This document shows, piece after piece, positions 9,590 through 18,239 of a stretch of DNA of 64,000 nucleotides. The DNA is from Thermoproteota archaeon (GTDB lineage: Archaea > Korarchaeota > Korarchaeia > Korarchaeales > Korarchaeaceae). The notes below the pieces were generated by a model. That model searched no databases, was not told where the DNA came from, and was given only the letters and a program-made list of their open reading frames with translations. Made by a program: the position numbers and the translations under genes. Location of the stretch: the NCBI GenBank assembly GCA_027492205.1, contig JAOZFN010000012.1, positions 20,954-84,953 of the forward strand, written 5' to 3'. Each line of letters begins with the position of its first letter. Within the stretch, counting starts at the first letter, position 1.

Positions 9590-9796
9590 ATGATCGAGGA
9601 GAAGTACTGTCCGTTATTCAGCATGGGTAGCGGATCGCCCGTCAGGTGCCTGGGAGAGAGGTGCGTGTTCTACCAGAGGGCGGACGGGATGGAGGGGACC
9701 TGCGCCATGCTGGAGGGGCTGTTGGCAGTTCAAGACCTCTCCCAGCTCGCGGAGGAGATCGTGGCCGCCCAGAGGGTCGAGGAAGAGGGCACTTAA
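9590..9796 (+). CDS. Small Cys-rich hypothetical protein (68 aa)
   Basis: MIEEKYCPLFS...C..ERCVFY...C; TTTAAA box upstream; 3' end of shadow ORF 8267..9796. Confidence 0.55.
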   Translation: MIEEKYCPLFSMGSGSPVRCLGERCVFYQRADGMEGTCAMLEGLLAVQDLSQLAEEIVAAQRVEEEGT

Positions 9797-9819
9797 GCCG
9801 GGAAATAGGGGATCACCCG

Positions 9820-10149
9820 TTGAGGGAGCCAGAAGGCGAAGGGGAGGGAGGGGCGCGGGGGACGGAGGCGGACCCCTGCGCGCTGGTTGAGATGGCGCTC
9901 CTCGCATACCTCAGAGTTCACGGACGGCGGATACTGGAGGTCGCAGCGCCCTCCGGACAGTCGGAGGTTAGGATAGCGCTGAGGGCTCTGTTCCGGTACT
10001 TCTCCCCCTCAGGGAGGTACAGGAGGCTTGTGGAAGCCCTCAGCGACTGCGACGAGCTTCCCCTGAGGATAGTGGAGGAGGACGGGGAGCCATCTGCCGT
10101 AGTCCCCCTCGAGTACGTGAGGAGGGCGGTTCGGAGTGAGGGAATGTGA
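9820..10149 (+). CDS. Hypothetical protein (start uncertain)
   Basis: Host-like codon usage; stop overlaps the next gene. Confidence 0.45.
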   Translation: MREPEGEGEGGARGTEADPCALVEMALLAYLRVHGRRILEVAAPSGQSEVRIALRALFRYFSPSGRYRRLVEALSDCDELPLRIVEEDGEPSAVVPLEYVRRAVRSEGM

Positions 10150-10804
10150 GGGGCTCGTGGCCTTCGACATGGACGGAACGCTCGTGAGGCTCGAGAGCTC
10201 ATGGGCGCTCATCCACGGGGCCATGGGGACCGAGGAGGAAGCGAGGGTCAACATGGAGAGGTACTACAGGGGCGAGCTCTCCTACGACGAGTGGGCTGAG
10301 CTCGACGTGGCTCTGTGGATGGGCAAGGACTTCTCCCCGGCACTGAGGGCGATTGAGGAGGTGGAGCCCGTCGACGGCGCCGGTGAGGCATTGAGGGCGC
10401 TCAGGGTGGCAGGGCTCACCGTTGGCGTCATCAGCTCCGGGCTCGACCTGATCCTCAGGAGGTTGGAGTCGCTCCTCGGGTTTCGATTCGACTTTGCTGT
10501 GACCAACGAGCTCATCATTGATGGGAGTAGGCTCGTCGGCTGGAGGGTGAACGTGCCCTTTCACTCCAAGGGTGACGTGCTCCTCCGGGTGGTCAGGCGA
10601 CTCGCCGTTCCCCTCTCCAAGGTTGCGGTGGTTGGAGACGCGGAGAACGACCTAGGGATGTTCAGGCTGCCGGTGGGGCTAAGGGTGGCGTTCAACCCGG
10701 CCTCCCACAGGCTGGAGAGAGGGGCAGACGTGGTAGTCAAGTCCGAGAGTCTCATCGACGTCGCGAAGGCCATTGCAGACTGGTGCGAGGGAGATCGCAC
10801 CTGA
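10136..10804 (+). CDS. HAD-family phosphatase (phosphoserine phosphatase-like)
   Basis: FDMDGTL, ISSG, K, VGDAENDL. Confidence 0.85.
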   Translation: MRECEGLVAFDMDGTLVRLESSWALIHGAMGTEEEARVNMERYYRGELSYDEWAELDVALWMGKDFSPALRAIEEVEPVDGAGEALRALRVAGLTVGVISSGLDLILRRLESLLGFRFDFAVTNELIIDGSRLVGWRVNVPFHSKGDVLLRVVRRLAVPLSKVAVVGDAENDLGMFRLPVGLRVAFNPASHRLERGADVVVKSESLIDVAKAIADWCEGDRT

Positions 10805-10843
10805 TCCGGCAAGGTAATATGGGCGGGTCGCGCCCTCTTCGAG

Positions 10844-11620
10844 ATGGAGAGACCCGCGGTCATGGGACTCGACGACCCTGCCATCGAGATCCTCGGTTCC
10901 GTGCTCGCCAACGAAACTGGTAGGAGGGTTCTGGCGGCCCTAGCGAGTGGGCCGAAGAGCCCGAGCGACATAGCCAGGGAGCTGGGCCTCCCGCTGACGA
11001 CCGTCAAGCACCACGTCGACAGGCTCGTCTCGGCGGGGATCGTCCAACTCGTCGAGACCTCTCCGGGCAGAAAGGGGAGGAAGAGGATCTACGCCCTCAG
11101 GTCGCCCGCGCTCGTGATAATCCCCTCGAGCAGCGAGGGGGCCGCCATCAGGGCGATCCGCGGTTGGGTCATGGAGAGGGCCAGCGCGGTGATCTCCCTC
11201 AGGAGGCCGATACTGGCTGGCGTGCTGGCCGCCATAGTGGTTGGGATTGGGTCCGGACTGCTGGCCACCCACGCGTTTCTGGCAGCTCCCCCGCCCATGC
11301 CGTCGGTTCAGGCCGGTGTGAGTGCGAAGGGGGTCCCGGCAGCCACTTCAGAGGTCCCCCCGTCACCAACCGAGCCGCTGTATCAGACCCCAGAGGAAAA
11401 AGCCGGACTTGACGAACTTGCGACACCCAGAGGGGCCTCAGGGGGCGAGTTAACGGCCATCGCCGTGGCCGTGGTCTGCTCGTCGGCGGCCGGGGCAGCG
11501 GTCTTCTGGGCGGCGACCAGGTCACGGCTGGAAGTCGGGCGGAAGGGGGTCGCCCCTGCAGTGAACGACCCCTCTGTACCTCCGGACGAAGTTGGGGCAG
11601 GCGTAGCAGAAGATGAATGA
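10844..11620 (+). CDS. ArsR-type HTH regulator with C-terminal transmembrane segments
   Basis: SPSDIARELGLPLTTVKHHVDRL; two hydrophobic helices flanking a Pro-rich linker. Confidence 0.7.
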   Translation: MERPAVMGLDDPAIEILGSVLANETGRRVLAALASGPKSPSDIARELGLPLTTVKHHVDRLVSAGIVQLVETSPGRKGRKRIYALRSPALVIIPSSSEGAAIRAIRGWVMERASAVISLRRPILAGVLAAIVVGIGSGLLATHAFLAAPPPMPSVQAGVSAKGVPAATSEVPPSPTEPLYQTPEEKAGLDELATPRGASGGELTAIAVAVVCSSAAGAAVFWAATRSRLEVGRKGVAPAVNDPSVPPDEVGAGVAEDE

Positions 11621-11812
11621 CACCCTCTTTCCCAGCACGGGACAGTCGACGGCGTCCTTGGCGAACTTTCTGACGGTGCTCTTGCCGAGCATGTCCTCTA
11701 TCTTCTTCTTGAGCTCCCTCCTCACCCTCAGCGCCCTCTCCAGCTTGACGACCTCGACCTCGTACTTGTGATCGGCGGACATCCCGTCTTCGGGCCCGCG
11801 CACCCCTACCAA
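11522..11812 (-). CDS. Small Cys-rich archaeal protein
   Basis: VDCP...FCYACPNF...HC. Confidence 0.6.
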   Translation of the reverse strand: MVGVRGPEDGMSADHKYEVEVVKLERALRVRRELKKKIEDMLGKSTVRKFAKDAVDCPVLGKRVSFIFCYACPNFVRRYRGVVHCRGDPLPPDFQP

Positions 11813-11843
11813 TTTTTAGGGGTTCGCCCCGACCCGCCGAGAG

Positions 11844-12557
11844 ATGAGGTCTGTCATATTCGACGTCTGGCACACGCTGATCGAGCCAGCAGCGGGGGAC
11901 GAGGAGTATTACGGCCTCAGGGTTCGTCGACTGCTCGAGAGCTGCGGGCTCAACCCTTCTCCCGACCAGCTCTCCCGCGCCTTGGAGGTCTACAGCGAGG
12001 TCAGGTCAGAGGTTGAGGCCAAGAGGAGGGCCACCCTGATCGAGGTGCCCGCCGAGGAGGAGATCTCCCTGTTCTTTCGGAGGCTGGGCATCGACTGCGC
12101 GGTGGGGCCCGAGCAGCTGAGGGCGTACGCCGAGCCCTTCCTGAGGCTAACGGTCCTGAAGGAGGGAGCCAGGGAGGTCGTCGAGTTCCTGCACCGAGCC
12201 GGGCTTGCCCTGGGCGCGCTGGCGAACTCACCCTACGGGGAGATGGTTAGGCTTCGGCTGCGGGAGGCGGGCCTCTCCGGGCACTTCAGGGCGATCGTGT
12301 GCTCCGGCGACGTGGGGCGTCGGAAGCCCCATCCCGTGGCCTTTCAGGCAGTGCTGCGCGGGCTCAACTCTTCCCCAAGTGAGGCCCTCATGGTGGGTGA
12401 CGACCCGGGGGCCGACGTCGGCGGGGCAAAGTCAATAGGCATGAGGGCGGTTTGGGTGTTGAGGCCAGGTGTAGCTCCCCCCGACGACGCCGACGGCGTC
12501 GTCGTGGACCTGAGAGACCTTCTGAAGGTCGTTCGGGATGTGGGGTGGTTGACTTGA
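11844..12557 (+). CDS. HAD-family hydrolase
   Basis: FDVWHTL, RKPHP, MVGDDPGADVGGA. Confidence 0.85.
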   Translation: MRSVIFDVWHTLIEPAAGDEEYYGLRVRRLLESCGLNPSPDQLSRALEVYSEVRSEVEAKRRATLIEVPAEEEISLFFRRLGIDCAVGPEQLRAYAEPFLRLTVLKEGAREVVEFLHRAGLALGALANSPYGEMVRLRLREAGLSGHFRAIVCSGDVGRRKPHPVAFQAVLRGLNSSPSEALMVGDDPGADVGGAKSIGMRAVWVLRPGVAPPDDADGVVVDLRDLLKVVRDVGWLT

Positions 12558-12835
12558 GGAGGAGGCTCCTCGACGTTCTAGCCTGCCCCGCCTGCCATCA
12601 CCACCCGCTCAAGCTCGAGGTCCACTCTGAGGAGGAGGTCGAGTGGAGTGGTCAGAAGCCAACGAGGCCCCTCTGCGAGCGCTACTGCGCCATGAGCGGC
12701 GGCCCCCTGCCGGAGGATCCTGAGACGTGCGTAGAATGTATGAGGCGGGACGTGATGGCCGGGTCGCTCGTGTGCGAGGGGTGCGGGAGGAGGTACGGGA
12801 TATCGGAGGGAGTCCCCGACCTCCTGATCCCCTGA
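12554..12835 (+). CDS. Trm112-like methyltransferase activator
   Basis: (M)RRRLLDVLACPAC...GSLVCEGCGRRYGISEGVPDLL; TTG start overlaps previous stop. Confidence 0.75.
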   Translation: MRRRLLDVLACPACHHHPLKLEVHSEEEVEWSGQKPTRPLCERYCAMSGGPLPEDPETCVECMRRDVMAGSLVCEGCGRRYGISEGVPDLLIP

Positions 12836-12874
12836 CCGAGAACCTTTTATTTCGAGGTCGAAGGGGGTGACGGG

Positions 12875-12995
12875 CCCCCGGTAGCTCAGTGGCAGAGCGG
12901 CCGGCTGTAGGGTTAGGCGAACTCGCCGACCTCCGTCGGCGGCCGCTCGCGCAGTAACCGGCAGGTCCCGGGTTCAAATCCCGGCCGGGGGACCA
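12875..12995 (+). tRNA. tRNA-Tyr(GTA) with 46-nt intron (12911-12956) at 37/38; CCA encoded
   Basis: C1-G72 acceptor stem CCCCCGG/CCGGGGG, A73, GGTTCAAATCC T-loop, anticodon stem GCCGG/CCGGC, BHB-like splice motif. Confidence 0.92.
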
Positions 12996-13009
12996 CCCCC
13001 CAGAACAAT

Positions 13010-13408
13010 TCACTCGCCCTCGAGCGCGTGGAGCTTGCGGAGCACCTCCCTCCCCAGGGTGGTAGTTTCTAGGTCGGCCCCCACCACGGCCCCGGCCGCC
13101 GCCCTTAGGTCGTCGATCTTCATCAGGCTTAGCACGCGCCTAGCCATCCTCCGGAGGATCTCCCACCTGTCTGCCAGTTGATAGAGGTCGACGTCGCCGA
13201 CCACCAGGCCCGAGCGTATCAGCTTCTCCCACGCCGCCTTAAACGCCTGGTCGCTCAGCAGCTCTAGGCCATCCCGATCGAGCGAGGCAAGAATCGACCA
13301 GGCCTCCGCCGAGACATGCGGGGGCGCTGCGTCGTCCCCCAACATCAGCCCTCGGAGGATTTCTACCAGCCTCGACCTGGTTGAAGGATCCCTCACGCGA
13401 ACGTCCAC
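13010..13408 (-). CDS. Hypothetical protein
   Basis: Host-like codon usage; last gene of the KaiC-like/V4R run. Confidence 0.55.
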   Translation of the reverse strand: MDVRVRDPSTRSRLVEILRGLMLGDDAAPPHVSAEAWSILASLDRDGLELLSDQAFKAAWEKLIRSGLVVGDVDLYQLADRWEILRRMARRVLSLMKIDDLRAAAGAVVGADLETTTLGREVLRKLHALEGE

Positions 13409-13426
13409 CCACTGGGAGTCCAGGGA

Positions 13427-14218
13427 CTAGATCCTCATTGCCCTGACGGAGATCTCGTCGTAAGGATCGCCTAGGGCCTCGCACCTGACCTCCTCACCGA
13501 CCGTGGGGATTCTCCATATCGCCGAGATGAAGCCCGTGAGTATCCCCCTGAGTATGTTGCTCCTCTTCGTCTCGCCCCGCTGACCCGAGCACTCGAATGA
13601 CCCCCGGAGCCTGACAACTGCCCTTCCCTCCTCCGAGAACTCGACGATCTCGTACCAGCTCATCCACCCGCAGCTCCTGAGGGTCCCCAAAAAGAGTTCC
13701 AGCATCTCCCTCCCGTCCAGCGCGGCAATCTTGACCAGTTTCCGGTAGGAGTCCTTCCCCGCGGCCACTCCCATGTGATAGAGGAAGGCCTCACCCGCCG
13801 GACCCCAGTACCTCCTCACCGCCTCGAACAGGGATCGGGTGGAGTCCAGCGGTATCACCCCGGCCCTTTCTCCCAGGAGCAGGAGGCCGCTGAGGACGTC
13901 GTTCACCCACAGGCCGCCGACCCTCGAGCCGCCCGCGCGGACCTCAAGTACGCCCTCAATTTCGGCGATCTTGGTCCTCAACTCATCGGCTCGAGCCCCC
14001 GGGGGGGCCTCTATCACGAACGTCGCGGTGTACTCCGGGCCCACGCTGCCCTGAATGCCGCCCAGGACTCTAGCGCCCTCCTCCTCGAGGGCCCTCATGA
14101 TCTCGGAGAGCGGGGGATCGTCTGGCTTCAGTTTGAGACCTAAGATGACCACGTCGCCCTCTCGAGGGCGCGCCAGGGCCGGAAACGGGACGCCAAACAT
14201 CGAATGGCCCCCCATCAC
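13427..14218 (-). CDS. ACT + V4R domain protein
   Basis: N-terminal ACT-like fold; GxG-like GWM, SFEC, E..C.A.GDPY V4R motifs. Confidence 0.75.
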   Translation of the reverse strand: MMGGHSMFGVPFPALARPREGDVVILGLKLKPDDPPLSEIMRALEEEGARVLGGIQGSVGPEYTATFVIEAPPGARADELRTKIAEIEGVLEVRAGGSRVGGLWVNDVLSGLLLLGERAGVIPLDSTRSLFEAVRRYWGPAGEAFLYHMGVAAGKDSYRKLVKIAALDGREMLELFLGTLRSCGWMSWYEIVEFSEEGRAVVRLRGSFECSGQRGETKRSNILRGILTGFISAIWRIPTVGEEVRCEALGDPYDEISVRAMRI

Positions 14219-14940
14219 TCGAGCCTCATGGGGCCGAGCACTATGAAGCCTGAGTCGGTGATCGCCACCCCGTAGTGCTCCCTGCTGTGCCTAGAGAGCC
14301 TCAGCTTCACCACGTTGATCCTGGTGGTCAGGCCCTCCCTCGTCTCCTCGTGCCTGAGGATGATCAGGCCGTCGGCGATGAACTCCTCCACACCTGACAG
14401 GCGAACGGGCCCCAGCATGGGGAGCTCGGCTATCAGGAGGGTGAGCATCCCGACGTCGTGGGTGATTCTAACGATCATGCTCAGGAGGGGCCTGACCTGC
14501 TCCGGCGGGAGGAACTGAAGCATGGCCGAGACGCTGTCCACCACCAAGAGGTCTGGCTTGGTAGACTCCACCCTGGCGATCATGTTCTCGAGGGCCGTCC
14601 GTACGTACTCGGTGGATGCCGTGAAGGGGATCAGCTCCTGAAACGTGGCCAGCTTCCTCTCCTCCAGCTCGTGTAAGTCCATGCCGAGCAGCCTGAAGTG
14701 GAGGCGGATCTGGTCAGCCGGCTCCGACAGGGTCATGTAGAAGAACCTCTCGCCGTGGCGAGTGGCCCTGTGGTAGGCGATCTGACCCGCGAGCGTGGTC
14801 TTCCCTGTCCCCGGGTTTCCGGCTAGCAGGATGGCCGAGGGCCTCGGGAGCCCGCCTCCCACTATCTCGTCGAAGCCCGGGACTCCCGTGTCAACCCTCT
14901 TTATCTCGGCCACTCTCTCCCCTGACAAACCCACCACCAC
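14215..14940 (-). CDS. KaiC/RAD55-family RecA-fold ATPase
   Basis: TGVPGFDEIVGGGLP, GNPGTGKTT, LVVDS, EFIADGLI, VKLR. Confidence 0.9.
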   Translation of the reverse strand: MVVGLSGERVAEIKRVDTGVPGFDEIVGGGLPRPSAILLAGNPGTGKTTLAGQIAYHRATRHGERFFYMTLSEPADQIRLHFRLLGMDLHELEERKLATFQELIPFTASTEYVRTALENMIARVESTKPDLLVVDSVSAMLQFLPPEQVRPLLSMIVRITHDVGMLTLLIAELPMLGPVRLSGVEEFIADGLIILRHEETREGLTTRINVVKLRLSRHSREHYGVAITDSGFIVLGPMRLE

Positions 14941-15092
14941 CGATTTAAGGGGCCTCGGGCCTTTCGAGCCTCATCATATCTCGGTGATCACCTCCAACCT
15001 CATTGGCCCCCGGACACCCTTTGAGGATATATATTCAATTTTCCCGGGGGGCGATGGGCAGCTAATCCACGCTACGTCGGTGATTGGGTTCC

Positions 15093-16502
15093 TCATCTTT
15101 TCCGGGCGGAGAGCGCCTCCTCTTTCGGTTTACTTGTCGCGCTTGAAAGCCTCAGATCGACGATCTCGCTGGCGATCATCTCAAATTCGGCGAGTTCGCT
15201 CTCTGAGTGAGCCTCGGGGAATATCGTCGCGAACATGATCGCCCCAGACGACTCCAACTTGGGTCGGACGGAGGACAACATCTCCACAACTCTCTCGTGG
15301 CCGTTGACCGCCACCAGGTCGGTCAGGCTGTCCAGAATTATCACCGCCCCCTTCACCTCGGCCAGCCTGTGCAGAGCCCCGCTGACGTGCTGGACGTCAA
15401 CCGGGATCCTGAACGTCCGGACCCCGGGGTTCCCATGGTCGCGCCCGTCGGCAAACGTCGACAGGTGAATGACCAGCTCCGCCTCTTCAGTTAGGGGCTC
15501 AAATAAATCCAGTAGAGAGCCCCTCCGCGTCACCAAGATTGTTGGGCGGCCATCGGGTAGAGACGTCTTTAGGGAGAGGTACAGCCTCTCGATGAACCGG
15601 GTTCCCGGCGTCCCCTTCACCAGGTAGACCCCAGCCTTATCGACCTGGAACTCCACCGGAGAGGGGGTCAGCAGGGACGTCGAGCCCGAAAAGTAGAGGA
15701 GTGGCGGGAGGGCCAGGGCGCCCGATGCCACTACGGAGCCGTGCCCCCAGATGCTGACCAGGATGGGGGGGAGGTAGAACAGGTCGTCCGCCAGCATGAC
15801 CAGCGAGGCGGCCAGCCCGGTCAGGTACCCGCCAAGCAGGCTGGATATGAGCCACCTGCCCGGGCCCCTCATCCCAGGCACGATCGTCGACAGTCTCATC
15901 GCGGGCAAGGAGAGCATCAGGACGAACGCCAGGTGAACGAGGGCGTCCGGCATCTCCGGCGTTGGTCTGAGGCCGTACTCCCACCCGAGGAGACTCTGCG
16001 CCGCCGCCGCGGCCGGGGCTCCCAGCACCCATATGACCGAGGCTCCCAGGAGGTTGACCCTGGGGGGCGGCCTCAGGTACCGCAAGAAGGCGGCCAACTT
16101 TGTGACGGCAGCTGAGATGAACCACGACATCCCCAGCGCGCCGGCCACGAGGCTGGCCGCCCCCAGCGCCCTGGTCGCGGGCGTGAGTTCGAACACGGCG
16201 CGCATCAGCATGACGTAGATTCCGAAGGCCAGCAGCAGGGCGCTAGACAGGGAGCGACCCCAGTCGGGCAGGAGGAAGGATTCGATTCTCTCCTTCCAAG
16301 TCACAAAGAATGTGAATAGGAGAACCATGGTCAACATCGTCGCGCCCGCCCTCAGGAGGAGGGCCATCGGGTCAAAGGACTTGGGAATCCAGTTTTGAGA
16401 ATCGTAGATAGTATACGCAAATGCGGCGGCTATCCAGGCTCCCGAGAGACCTAGCGAGATCACTACCGTCCTGAGGGGGGCCCTGTGGGCTAGATGGCTC
16501 AT
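15093..16502 (-). CDS. Multi-TM protein with C-terminal DUF835-like (inactive RecA/KaiC-fold) domain
   Basis: About 7-8 TM helices, then YLVKG...ILVTR...VIILDSLTDLVAVNG. Confidence 0.65.
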   Translation of the reverse strand: MSHLAHRAPLRTVVISLGLSGAWIAAAFAYTIYDSQNWIPKSFDPMALLLRAGATMLTMVLLFTFFVTWKERIESFLLPDWGRSLSSALLLAFGIYVMLMRAVFELTPATRALGAASLVAGALGMSWFISAAVTKLAAFLRYLRPPPRVNLLGASVIWVLGAPAAAAAQSLLGWEYGLRPTPEMPDALVHLAFVLMLSLPAMRLSTIVPGMRGPGRWLISSLLGGYLTGLAASLVMLADDLFYLPPILVSIWGHGSVVASGALALPPLLYFSGSTSLLTPSPVEFQVDKAGVYLVKGTPGTRFIERLYLSLKTSLPDGRPTILVTRRGSLLDLFEPLTEEAELVIHLSTFADGRDHGNPGVRTFRIPVDVQHVSGALHRLAEVKGAVIILDSLTDLVAVNGHERVVEMLSSVRPKLESSGAIMFATIFPEAHSESELAEFEMIASEIVDLRLSSATSKPKEEALSARKR

Positions 16503-16631
16503 CGTCTAATCCTCTCCTTTCACGGGGCCATACTCTTACACTTTTTTGATTAATGCTCGCGGTCAAATAATTAAGTCTTTTGAGTCAATGTTAAACCGGA
16601 GGCTTGCAAATAGCCACCCGGGAGCTCGCTG

Positions 16632-17588
16632 CTAAGGTCTGAGGAGCACCACCCTCTTGGAGCGGCTCCTGACGATCTCGAGGAGTCTGGGGAGGTCTCT
16701 CTCGAGCAAGGTGAATCCGGCGGCGTTCGGATGACCTCCTCCCCCGAACGACCTGGCTATCTCGAGAGCGTCTATGGGCCCGCCGCGTCGAGATCTCAGG
16801 GACACGCGCGAGTCGTTGCCCCTCCACCTCCCAAGCGTGACGATCAGGTCGACTCGATCCCGAAGGGCCTGGTGTATCAGGGGGGACAAATAGCCCGGAA
16901 TTCTCCTGGCGTCCACGACGGCGACCAGCCCGGCAGGTCCAGCGTCTCCGACGCGCGACGGCAGCGACGATATCCACCTTATCTCCTCCGAGTTCACCCT
17001 CTCAACCTCGGCCCAAGCTCTCTTGACCTCTGGAATCTCCAGCAGCTCCTCCTCTCGCTCGGGTCTGAGCTCCAAGAGGGATCTCACAATGGAGCCCAGG
17101 ACCCGATCTCTCTTGCCCGTCCAGAATATCCTCTTGACGGCAGACGTGAAGGCGGCGGCGCAGAAGCCCACGTCTCCCGAGTCAACCCTGGACGTCAGCT
17201 CCACGAGCCCTCCCAGTTCTGGAACGTCTATCCTGCCAGCGAACTCTCTCCATATCACGCTCGCAGCCGACGGGGCCCTCGGATCGAGGATCGCCACCTC
17301 GGCCCTCTCCCGCGCCAGATCCACGTTGGACTGATGGTGATCGAAAAGGATCAGGCTGCCGCCAGCGGGCGGAGGCAGGTCGGCGACCACGTGAAAGCTC
17401 TTCCGAGACCTCTGAGCCCTGTCCGGGCTCTCAAACCTCATGCTCACCTCGCCCCCCAGCGCGGCGTAGATCAGGGCGGCGGATACCAGCCCGTCCAAGT
17501 CCTCCCCGTGAGAGAGAACTGAGTACGGCGGATCCACGCTCGCGGTGAGCCAGTCCAGGATCTCGACGCCGCGAGGGGGCAAGGCCAA
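16632..17588 (-). CDS. DHH/DHHA1 phosphoesterase
   Basis: DLDG, FDHH, SLRS, GGGGHPNAAG. Confidence 0.85.
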   Translation of the reverse strand: MALPPRGVEILDWLTASVDPPYSVLSHGEDLDGLVSAALIYAALGGEVSMRFESPDRAQRSRKSFHVVADLPPPAGGSLILFDHHQSNVDLARERAEVAILDPRAPSAASVIWREFAGRIDVPELGGLVELTSRVDSGDVGFCAAAFTSAVKRIFWTGKRDRVLGSIVRSLLELRPEREEELLEIPEVKRAWAEVERVNSEEIRWISSLPSRVGDAGPAGLVAVVDARRIPGYLSPLIHQALRDRVDLIVTLGRWRGNDSRVSLRSRRGGPIDALEIARSFGGGGHPNAAGFTLLERDLPRLLEIVRSRSKRVVLLRP

Positions 17589-17654
17589 CTCCTCCGCGGC
17601 CGGTCCAGCGCGCGGGGTAAAAATAGTTCGCGTGGGTCACCGGCCGGGAATCGC

Positions 17655-18104
17655 ATGGGGAGAAAGGTGCTGGTCGCCGGAACCTTCGACATCCTCCACC
17701 CCGGCCACGCCAGAATGCTTCAGCACGCCAAGAAGCTCGCCGGACCCGACGGAGAGCTGGTCGTAGTCGTCGCGAGAGACGCGAACGTGAGGGTGTTCAA
17801 GGGGAGGGAGCCCATTCTCCCGGAGGAGGAGAGGGTGTTCATGGTCTCCTGCCTGAAGCCCGTTGACAGGGCCATCCTGGGGGATCCAGAAGATCCACTA
17901 GCCACGGTGGAGAGGGAGAGGCCGGATATCGTCGCGCTGGGGTATGACCAGTGGCCGGACGAGGACTGGATCAGGGGCGAGCTGAAGAGGAGGGGCCTGG
18001 ACTGTGAAGTCGTGAGGCTGCCGAAGTTCGGATCCCCGCACAACTCCACAACCGACATAGTTCGTCGAATAGTCGAGGTGTTCTGCGGGGGGGCGCCCTC
18101 ATAG
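17655..18104 (+). CDS. ribL: FAD synthase (cytidylyltransferase family)
   Basis: GTFDILHPGH, VVARD, LGYDQ, STTDI. Confidence 0.8.
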   Translation: MGRKVLVAGTFDILHPGHARMLQHAKKLAGPDGELVVVVARDANVRVFKGREPILPEEERVFMVSCLKPVDRAILGDPEDPLATVERERPDIVALGYDQWPDEDWIRGELKRRGLDCEVVRLPKFGSPHNSTTDIVRRIVEVFCGGAPS

Positions 18105-18144
18105 GAGGGTAAGACTATTATCGGCTCTCAGGGATCATTCGCTG

Positions 18145-18208
18145 GCGGCCGGGGCGGGTGCTGGCAGACCTCTGAGGGGCTTCGCCCTTGCGATTGACCC
18201 CCGGCCGC
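18145..18208 (+). ncRNA. Candidate structured small RNA
   Basis: Perfect 10-bp stem GCGGCCGGGG/CCCCGGCCGC enclosing CTGA-hairpin-GCGATTGA; AT-rich box about 25 nt upstream. Confidence 0.3.
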
Positions 18209-18239
18209 AACCCCCTTCTTCAGGGCCCGCCCGAGATCA

